DNA from: Candidatus Saccharimonadota bacterium
Lineage (GTDB): Bacteria > Patescibacteriota > Microgenomatia > UBA1406 > GWC2-37-13
Assembly: GCA_016700135.1 (NCBI GenBank)
Contig: CP065004.1
Span: forward strand, 1,320,001-1,352,000
DNA length: 32,000 nucleotides
Reading direction: 5' to 3'
Shown here: positions 24,112-31,344 of the stretch, piece by piece
How positions within the stretch are numbered: position 1 is the first letter of the stretch
Layout of the letters: each line of letters opens with the position of its first letter
Notes under the pieces: generated by a model
Told to the model about the DNA's origin: nothing
What the model saw: the letters and a program-made list of their open reading frames with translations, nothing else
Databases searched by the model: none
Position numbers and translations under genes: made by a program

Positions 24112-27100
24112 ATGGCAATAAAAGATATTAAGCTCTCAGAAAACCTTATTCTCAATCGCTATGTCTTATCACTTTTTAATGAAGAAAAGATTGAAGATCT
24201 AGCACAGTACTTAAAAGACTCGAGACTAGAGACTTATGATGAGAATAACCAATCTCGTTTCTTAAACGAAATCCTTCAAAGATATAACGACTTAACAGAA
24301 AACTTTGTTAGAGACTTAAGGAAGTACGACCACAATATCTATCTGCACACGAAAAAGATAAATGGAAAGAGAACCAAAGATATTAGTTGGAAGTATTTTC
24401 AGTACCTAGGGCTACTTTTTACAGAAATTATTTTAGATAAATACTTCTCAAATAAAAAGCAACTAATAGCTGAATTAAACGAATTTAGTCAAAAGCTCTA
24501 TCGACAAGATGAGACTAAATATGAAACATCGCCTTTTATAGAATCTGATTTTAATAAATTGGTTTTCTGGCAAGCAACTGGATCGGGAAAAACATTAATA
24601 CTTCATGTTAATTATTTACAATTCAGGCATTATTTAGAACAGTATAAAAAAGACAAAGAATATAATAAATTTATTCTTCTCACTCCTAACGAGGGACTAT
24701 CTTTACAGCACTTAAGAGAGTTGCAGGAATCTAATATTCCTGCTGAGATTTTTAATAAAGATTCTCAAGGAGGTTTGTTCTCAACTTCTAAAGATAAAGT
24801 TGAAATAATTGATATTCACAAACTTAAAAACAAGAGTGGAGATAAAACTGTTGCAGTCGATTCTTTTGGACAAAACAATATAGTATTTGTCGACGAAGGA
24901 CATAGAGGTTCTTCTGGTGAAGAGTGGCTCAAAATGAGAGATAAACTAACAGTGGAAGGGTTTTCTTTCGAATACTCTGCGACATTTGAACAAGCGATAA
25001 GCCCAAAGGATAAAAGGCTTTTCAATCTATATAGTCAAACTATTCTATTAGATTATTCCTATAAGCACTTTTATTTAGACGGATATGGTAAAGAATATCG
25101 AATATTGAATATTAGTAATAACAACTGGAGTGAAAGTAGATTTAGGTACCTTTTTGCTAGCCTACTCTCATACTACCAGCAACTAAAAATTTACGAGTCT
25201 AACAAGGAACAGCTAAAGCCATTTAATATAGAAAAACCTTTAATGATCTTTGTTGGAGGGAGCGTCAATGCTGTTCGGCAGGAGAATAAGGAAAATGTTT
25301 CTGATGTAATAGACATACTGCTTTATCTTAAAAATGTCCTCCAAGAAAAGTCTGCCAGTATTAAAGCAATAGAATCAATACTTAAAGAACAGACAGGTTT
25401 AGTCGATGATTCTGGTAAAGATGTTTTTACAGGTCAATTTAAATACCTGCAAAAATCGAATCTAAGTGCAGAAGAGATATATAGAGACTTACTTAAAAAG
25501 ATACTTCACAATAATAACCCTTCTGCACAATTTCAACTAGTTAACTTGAAATCAGTGGAGGGAGAAATTGGTGTAAGACTAGGATCAAATTCTCCTTACT
25601 TTGCCGTTATCAATGTGGGAGATGATAGAAAACTGCTTAAACTTTGTGAAGAAAATGGATTACAAACAGAGGAACAAGAATTTGCGGATTCTCTTTTTAA
25701 TACTATAAATACAAATAATTCAACAATTAATCTTCTTGTAGGATCAAAGAAATTTACAGAAGGATGGAATAGTTGGAGAGTAAGCTGCATAGGGCTGATG
25801 AATTTAGGAAGAACTGAAGGGTCAGAGATTATTCAACTGTTTGGTAGAGGTGTAAGGCTAAAAGGGTATGATTGGTCATTGAAGCGATCAGCAAGTTTAA
25901 AAAAGTCAGAACTAGATGTTGAAAAACCCGATTATCTAAGTGTTCTTGAGACGCTCAATATATTTGGTGTTCGTGCTGATTACATGTATGAATTTAAAGA
26001 ATATTTAGAGCAAGAGGGTATTCCAACTAAAGATCAGATTGTTGAAATTAGAATGCCAACTATAAAAAACTTTGGGTCGCTTAAGCATTTAAAGATGATT
26101 ACTTCTACTGCTCCACCTTTTAATGATCCCGTGATTCTAAGTGAACCTACTAAGCCTAGTCGGAAAATTGAACTTAATCTTTATGCAAAGCTTACTTCAA
26201 TATCTAGTCTAGATTCCACCTCTGCTTCAGTACAGAAAAATGAAATATCTCTAGATGAGCGCCTACTGGACTTTTTTGATTTTGATCAAATATTTTTTGA
26301 AGTTACGGGCTATAAAAATCAACAAGGTTGGAAAAATCTTGTTTTTTCCAAAGAACTATTAAAAGAATTTCTCAAGAATAGTGACTGGTACGAAATTTAT
26401 GCCCCACAAAATTTATTTAATTTATCGATGTTCAATGAGATTGAAACAATTCAGGATGAGATTATTATTCCCTTACTTAAAAAGTACATTAAGTCCGTAT
26501 ACAACTATTATGAATCGAAATACGAAACTAAGTACAGAGAATACTCTAGCTTGTCTGATGCTGATCCAAATATAATTGAAGAGTACTTGATTGAGATTGA
26601 TAAATCTGAAGAAGCTCTAATAAAAGATTTACAGGTATATGCAAAAGAAATCAAAAAACTTTCGGATGACTATGATAAATATGAAGATAAATTAAAGCTT
26701 CTTACTTTTAGCCGTCACTTATATCAACCACTGGTTTTTTCTGATCATAAATCCAGGCTTATTAAAGTTACACCTGTATCACTGAATCCTAGTGAACTAC
26801 AGTTTGTTGAAGAGTTTAGAGACTTTTATAGAGATAACAAAGAGCTATTTGATTCCACAGATGTTTACCTGTTACGAAATCAGTCTAAAGGTACTGGAAT
26901 TAGCTTTTTTGAAGCTAACAACTTTTATCCAGACTTTATTATGTGGCTAGTTAACGGTGAAAAGCAAAAAATTGTATTTATAGATCCTAAAGGAATAAGA
27001 GAAGTTGGAGGTATGTCAGATCCAAAGATTCAATTTTCTAATTCAATAAAAGGTATTGAAAAGGAACTTGCTAACGAAAAAATTGCACTTAATTCTTTCA

Positions 27101-27225
27101 TCCTCACTCCTACTTATCACGATAATACTTGGTGGGGAAACGATTATACTGAAGATCAATTTTTAGAAAACAATGTCATCTTTATGAAAGGTGAGTATTT
27201 CCAAAGGTTATTTTCTAAACTATAG
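24112..27225 (+). CDS. Type III restriction Res-like SF2 helicase with C-terminal PD-(D/E)xK nuclease motif
   Basis: The helicase motifs are FWQATGSGKTL, VFVDEGHRGSS, YSATF, KKFTEGWN and LFGRGVRL. The C-terminal motif is YPDFIMW...IVFIDPKG. The gene starts 2 nt after the methyltransferase stop. Confidence 0.85.
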   Translation: MAIKDIKLSENLILNRYVLSLFNEEKIEDLAQYLKDSRLETYDENNQSRFLNEILQRYNDLTENFVRDLRKYDHNIYLHTKKINGKRTKDISWKYFQYLGLLFTEIILDKYFSNKKQLIAELNEFSQKLYRQDETKYETSPFIESDFNKLVFWQATGSGKTLILHVNYLQFRHYLEQYKKDKEYNKFILLTPNEGLSLQHLRELQESNIPAEIFNKDSQGGLFSTSKDKVEIIDIHKLKNKSGDKTVAVDSFGQNNIVFVDEGHRGSSGEEWLKMRDKLTVEGFSFEYSATFEQAISPKDKRLFNLYSQTILLDYSYKHFYLDGYGKEYRILNISNNNWSESRFRYLFASLLSYYQQLKIYESNKEQLKPFNIEKPLMIFVGGSVNAVRQENKENVSDVIDILLYLKNVLQEKSASIKAIESILKEQTGLVDDSGKDVFTGQFKYLQKSNLSAEEIYRDLLKKILHNNNPSAQFQLVNLKSVEGEIGVRLGSNSPYFAVINVGDDRKLLKLCEENGLQTEEQEFADSLFNTINTNNSTINLLVGSKKFTEGWNSWRVSCIGLMNLGRTEGSEIIQLFGRGVRLKGYDWSLKRSASLKKSELDVEKPDYLSVLETLNIFGVRADYMYEFKEYLEQEGIPTKDQIVEIRMPTIKNFGSLKHLKMITSTAPPFNDPVILSEPTKPSRKIELNLYAKLTSISSLDSTSASVQKNEISLDERLLDFFDFDQIFFEVTGYKNQQGWKNLVFSKELLKEFLKNSDWYEIYAPQNLFNLSMFNEIETIQDEIIIPLLKKYIKSVYNYYESKYETKYREYSSLSDADPNIIEEYLIEIDKSEEALIKDLQVYAKEIKKLSDDYDKYEDKLKLLTFSRHLYQPLVFSDHKSRLIKVTPVSLNPSELQFVEEFRDFYRDNKELFDSTDVYLLRNQSKGTGISFFEANNFYPDFIMWLVNGEKQKIVFIDPKGIREVGGMSDPKIQFSNSIKGIEKELANEKIALNSFILTPTYHDNTWWGNDYTEDQFLENNVIFMKGEYFQRLFSKL

Positions 27226-27250
27226 ATGCCAAAGATTTAATATAAAGCTT

Positions 27251-29056
27251 ATGTACTTAAAAAGAATCTCTATAAAAAATTTTAGAGGCATTGATAGTCT
27301 CACGAACTTAGAGATTTCAAACTTAAATACCTTTGTTGGGAAAAACGATTCCGGGAAGTCTACAATATTACACGCACTAAATTGTTTCTTTGATATAAAA
27401 AAATTTAATACAAAAGATGTATTTAAGGGAAAACCAGGAAATGAATTAAGTAGCATTGAAATATCTTTCTTGCCTTCTATAGAAATTGATGATTTGGCTT
27501 TAGATAGTAATTCTTTACTTACAATTAGAAAAGAGTTTGAACTTGTAAATAACAAAATAAAATGCACCGAATACTATAGTTGTAATGACTTTACGGATGC
27601 AGCATATCAAAATTTGTGGAATAAGAAGGAAAGTGAATTAAATACAATAGTCTCAGATCTAGGAGAAACTCCAAACCGTTCAGGCAGGGGTAAAAAGAAT
27701 ATTCTAAGAATAGAGCAAATAAAATCTGTTCTTTCTGATAAATCTAGGACTGATACCAAGCATGAGCTTGGCGATTTTCTCAAGAATATTGAAAAGACAT
27801 ATGACTTATCTCTACCAAGATTTTCTATCTTTGATGCTGAGCAGGATTTAAGCATTGAAGCTACAAACTTTCAGTCTCAATTTCGACCCATAATAGCCTC
27901 ATTTTTCGATTCAGTTCAAGAAAAAACTTCTGAAATAGAATTGGGACTGGAAAAAGATCTTGCAACAGAGTTTGAGGAAATTAGAAAATACATGTCAAAA
28001 AATGTTTCAGGATTAAAAGGTTTAACACCTTCTACAGAGTTCGACTGGGTGAAATCTGTTAAAAAATTTGACCTCGATTTGGAATTTGAAGACCAAGAAT
28101 TTCAAGTATCAATATCGCATAAAGGGACAGGCTTTAAGCGTTTATTAATGGTTGCCTACTTTGAGTATTTGGCTAATAAACAAAGCATAGCAAATCAGTT
28201 ATTCGCGATCGAAGAACCCGAGACCTACCTACATCCATCTGCTCAAGAAGATCTTTTAAGTTCTATCATTAAGATTTCAGAAAAAACCCAATTTTTTATA
28301 ACAACACATTCGCCAGTGTTCGCAGGTGCTACTGATGGAGAGAATTCTATATTAGTCACCAAAGATAATAAAGGTCTTTCACACTATTCTAAAGGTGGTG
28401 AGGATATTATTGAGCAAATAATTCATGAACTTGGGATAAGACCCGATTTTAACCTGCTAAAGGGAACAAAGTATCTTATTTTTGTGGAGGGGAAAGACGA
28501 TATACATTTCCTAAGCTCATATGCTAATACAGTTTTAGGTAAAAGTCTTGAAGAAGATAGAATTCTATGTGTTATTGGAGGTGGAGGTTCTCTTAAAAAC
28601 TATGCTGATCTGGATCTATTTAGAAAACTGAAAGGTAACAACCTATACTCAGTATTAGTAGACGGGGATGATAAAAAAAATGGTAAGGAAAAATGGGCAG
28701 AAAGCATCAAATCAAAGTGTGAATGTGATGGCGCAGAATTCGTAAAACTTTCAAAGCGCGAAATAGAGAATTATTGTCATCCAAGCAGAATAAAGAAATG
28801 CTTAATTTCAATTATCAAGAAACGTGAAGGTGAAAACACACAGAATCCGCATATTTCCGCGATTGAAACTTGCAATTTAAACATAAAAGATGACACTGAT
28901 GTAGAAAAATATCTCAAAGAGAAAAAGCTATGTAATGAATTTAAATCTGGTGTAAATATTAGTGTTTTTAAGGAAATGACAAAAGAAGAATGGGAAGAGT
29001 GTGATAATAACAATGAGGTGAAAAACTTTATCGAAGGTATTTACAGTAGAATTTAA
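27251..29056 (+). CDS. OLD-family nuclease (ABC-type ATPase plus Toprim domain)
   Basis: The N-terminus reads MYLKRISIKNFRGI. The ATPase motifs are GKNDSGKSTILHAL, FAIEEPETYLHP and TTHSP. The Toprim motifs are LIFVEGKDDIHFL and VLVDGDD. I chose the ATG at 27251 rather than the ORF-track start at 27191, which overlaps the Res gene. Confidence 0.8.
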   Translation: MYLKRISIKNFRGIDSLTNLEISNLNTFVGKNDSGKSTILHALNCFFDIKKFNTKDVFKGKPGNELSSIEISFLPSIEIDDLALDSNSLLTIRKEFELVNNKIKCTEYYSCNDFTDAAYQNLWNKKESELNTIVSDLGETPNRSGRGKKNILRIEQIKSVLSDKSRTDTKHELGDFLKNIEKTYDLSLPRFSIFDAEQDLSIEATNFQSQFRPIIASFFDSVQEKTSEIELGLEKDLATEFEEIRKYMSKNVSGLKGLTPSTEFDWVKSVKKFDLDLEFEDQEFQVSISHKGTGFKRLLMVAYFEYLANKQSIANQLFAIEEPETYLHPSAQEDLLSSIIKISEKTQFFITTHSPVFAGATDGENSILVTKDNKGLSHYSKGGEDIIEQIIHELGIRPDFNLLKGTKYLIFVEGKDDIHFLSSYANTVLGKSLEEDRILCVIGGGGSLKNYADLDLFRKLKGNNLYSVLVDGDDKKNGKEKWAESIKSKCECDGAEFVKLSKREIENYCHPSRIKKCLISIIKKREGENTQNPHISAIETCNLNIKDDTDVEKYLKEKKLCNEFKSGVNISVFKEMTKEEWEECDNNNEVKNFIEGIYSRI

Positions 29057-29075
29057 AAACCACACATATGTTCAA

Positions 29076-30167
29076 ATGTTTCAATATTTAGAGGAAAAAC
29101 AATCATATATAAACCGCTATGACCTTCAAACAATAAAGGAATGCTTAAACCGGTATTTGGATATTCGTGATGGGATGGAAAAACATAGAGATGAGTTACT
29201 GGCTAAAGAGCCTAAGGTTGACTTTGATAAAGAAGTACACAAGATATGTAGTTATACAGTAAATGCCATTAAGATTGAACGTTTTCGAAGAAAAAAAGTA
29301 ACAATTGATGAATGGATAGAAGCAGACACAAGAAGACAAGATAAAATTGAAAACACACCTCCGCCTGAAAGTATATTCTGCGATAAGTGTAATTCTCCTA
29401 CAAAAGTTATTCATAAAACTCTTCACAATGCATATGAGGAAGAACCAAAAGTATTGTTTCTGTTTGAATGTATTAAGTGCAATAAACGTCAGGCATTTTA
29501 TGAAGATGGCTCACTTTGGGATTATGAAAAACCAAAATGTCCCGAGTGCAAAGCAGTATTAGAAAATAATTATGAAGACAAAGATGAAATCTTAACTGTC
29601 ACTACCTTCTGCTCTAAATGTTCATATAAAGAAGTAGATGTTACTGATTTTAAAAAGGATCGAATTAAAAGACACAAAGAAGAGGAAAAAGATAAGAAAC
29701 TTCTTGAAGAATATCGCACAGAGTTTTGTTATACAGAAGAGGAAGGAGCAAGGGCAGTTGCCAGCTTTGATGGACTAATAGCGTTAGCTAAAGAATTGAA
29801 AGAGCAGGAGAAGAAAGAGAACGATCCTGCTTATAAAAAAGCAAAAAAGCTGAAAAAACTTAAGCTAAATCAGCTAAAAGAATTAGTATCTAAAACTATT
29901 CAAAAAGAAGGGTATGCAGACTTGCAGTTTGATAAACCAGAAATGGACAGGTTTGTAATAGTCGCTTTTTCAGCAAGTGATACTAAAGATGACAGATCAG
30001 AGTATGACAGTGCTAATACTTTGAAGAAATCTCTTGTATCTGCATTAAAAGAAACAAATTGGAGACTGATGAGTGAAGGCATAAGCTATAGAATTGGCAT
30101 TGTTTCCGGCACATTTAAAGCCGATGAAAGTGAAGACGACCTAATGAAACTTTTTCATCAGGAGTAA
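29076..30167 (+). CDS. double zinc-ribbon / coiled-coil protein of unknown function
   Basis: 363 aa with two CxxC...CxxC pairs (CDKC...CIKC and CPEC...CSKC). These are followed by a Lys/Glu-rich helix and an unassigned ~90-aa C-terminal domain. It is the last gene of the Mod-Res-OLD operon. Confidence 0.55.
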   Translation: MFQYLEEKQSYINRYDLQTIKECLNRYLDIRDGMEKHRDELLAKEPKVDFDKEVHKICSYTVNAIKIERFRRKKVTIDEWIEADTRRQDKIENTPPPESIFCDKCNSPTKVIHKTLHNAYEEEPKVLFLFECIKCNKRQAFYEDGSLWDYEKPKCPECKAVLENNYEDKDEILTVTTFCSKCSYKEVDVTDFKKDRIKRHKEEEKDKKLLEEYRTEFCYTEEEGARAVASFDGLIALAKELKEQEKKENDPAYKKAKKLKKLKLNQLKELVSKTIQKEGYADLQFDKPEMDRFVIVAFSASDTKDDRSEYDSANTLKKSLVSALKETNWRLMSEGISYRIGIVSGTFKADESEDDLMKLFHQE

Positions 30168-30886
30168 TAGTAATCAACTAGTCCTTTAGCCAGTATTTCA
30201 TCAGAATTTATTGTTCTATCTCCTAAAGCTTCATAGTTTAGAGCAAGAGGTAATTCAGTACAGCCTAAAATTATTGATTCCGCTCCTTTTTCATACAACT
30301 CATTTAATATGGCAATGTATTTCTGTTTATTTTCACCATTTTGTTTACCTGCTATTACATCACGTATTAGCTGATCAATTGAGCTAAATTGTTCTTGTGT
30401 AGGTAATATAGTCGCTATACCTTTATCCGTGAGTTCCCTTTGGTACATTTCAGATTTAAGTAATACAGAGGTTCCTAGTAATCCTACTGCTTTCAATTTT
30501 CTACTACTGCATTCCTGAGCTACCAGGTTTAACATTGAAACAAATTTAACGGTTGTTTCTTTTTTTAGATCTTCCAAAAGAAGATGCACAGTGTTGCTAC
30601 CTATGCAAAGGACGGTAGCACCTGCATTCGTCAAAGATTTAGTAGTGTCAATAAGCATTTCTTTAGCTATGTTCATTTGCTTTTTATTTGATATAAAATC
30701 TGGGATTGGCACAGATTCAATAATAACTTGAGGAAAGTCATTATTATTCTTTGCTCCATACTTAGTTTGAGATAAATCTATTATCTTGTTGTATATGAAT
30801 GAAGTTGCTTGAGGTCCAACTCCTCCAATTATGCCAATTTTTTTGTTAGTACTTCTCATACTCCTTTTATTATTTAATAACTTCAA
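30158..30886 (-). CDS. aspartate/glutamate racemase-family protein
   Basis: IGIIGGVGPQATSFIY and ILGCTELPLAL motifs. The first catalytic-Cys box reads GSNTVH (Ser at the Cys position of CNTAH). Confidence 0.8.
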   Translation of the reverse strand: MKLLNNKRSMRSTNKKIGIIGGVGPQATSFIYNKIIDLSQTKYGAKNNNDFPQVIIESVPIPDFISNKKQMNIAKEMLIDTTKSLTNAGATVLCIGSNTVHLLLEDLKKETTVKFVSMLNLVAQECSSRKLKAVGLLGTSVLLKSEMYQRELTDKGIATILPTQEQFSSIDQLIRDVIAGKQNGENKQKYIAILNELYEKGAESIILGCTELPLALNYEALGDRTINSDEILAKGLVDYYYS

Positions 30887-31124
30887 AGCGTCCTTGCTTT
30901 ACTTCTCTAGCTCCTCTCGTGACTGTAGCAATACCCACTCCAAGTTCTTCAGCTATTGCTCGCTGAGATTTACCCCTTTTTAGCTGTTTAACGATTTCTA
31001 GACGAGTATCCACAACTTCAAGCTCTTGAGGAGTAAATAAACCAATTAAAAGTTCTTTTAGCTCCTCTTCTGTATTACAAGATTTAATAACCTTAATTAA
31101 GTTAGTAGTAAGTATTTTATTCAT
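30870..31124 (-). CDS. TrpR-family (TrpR/YerC/YecD-like) helix-turn-helix repressor
   Basis: 84 aa from the ATG at 31124. LFTPQELEVVDTRLEIVKQLKRGKSQRAIAEELGVGIATVTRG parallels E. coli TrpR [43 protein letters not shown] (recalled from memory). The ORF-track extension to 31310 runs through a structured non-coding region. Confidence 0.75.
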   Translation of the reverse strand: MNKILTTNLIKVIKSCNTEEELKELLIGLFTPQELEVVDTRLEIVKQLKRGKSQRAIAEELGVGIATVTRGAREVKQGRFEVIK

Positions 31125-31135
31125 AGTGTATTCAC

Positions 31136-31153
31136 GTACTAGTATAATAGTAC
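31136..31153. promoter_or_regulatory. trp-operator-like palindrome overlapping a -10-like element
   Basis: The site is GTACTAGTATAATAGTAC, and the arms extend to ACGTACT/AGTACGT (31134-31155). It lies 10-30 nt upstream of the TrpR-family gene start. Confidence 0.5.
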
Positions 31154-31187
31154 GTAGTATACCATACGTTTCCACCTTTGCAATACA

Positions 31188-31304
31188 AGGGGCCTTGCCC
31201 CTCATTTTGCAAGGGCTGCGCAAGTCACTCCTACGTCGTGACCCTTGCAAAATTTCACCCCGCTTTTTGAGATCCAGGTATGGGAAGCAGGCGGGCTGCT
31301 TCCC
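31188..31304. repeat. GC-rich block of three hairpins, including a 12-bp perfect inverted repeat
   Basis: Hairpin 1 is aggggc/gcccct (31188-31202). Hairpin 2 is attttgcaaggg (31204-31215) with cccttgcaaaat (31242-31253), and has an inner gtcac/gtgac stem. Hairpin 3 is gggaagcag (31282-31290) with ctgcttccc (31296-31304). Confidence 0.6.
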
Positions 31305-31344
31305 AACCAAAAATTATAAAATTACAAGCAGTCGCCGAGAAATT

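Noticed and set aside
27191-27250. Upstream start (27191) for the OLD-family gene
   Set aside because: It would overlap the Res gene by 35 nt and add a non-conserved peptide. The family-typical N-terminus (MYLKRISIKNFRGI) begins at the ATG at 27251.
31125-31310. 62-aa N-terminal extension of the TrpR-family ORF (track start at 31310)
   Set aside because: The extension is translated from the hairpin-rich GC block and has an Arg/Cys/Gly-rich nonsense composition. The TrpR-like alignment starts at the Met at 31124.
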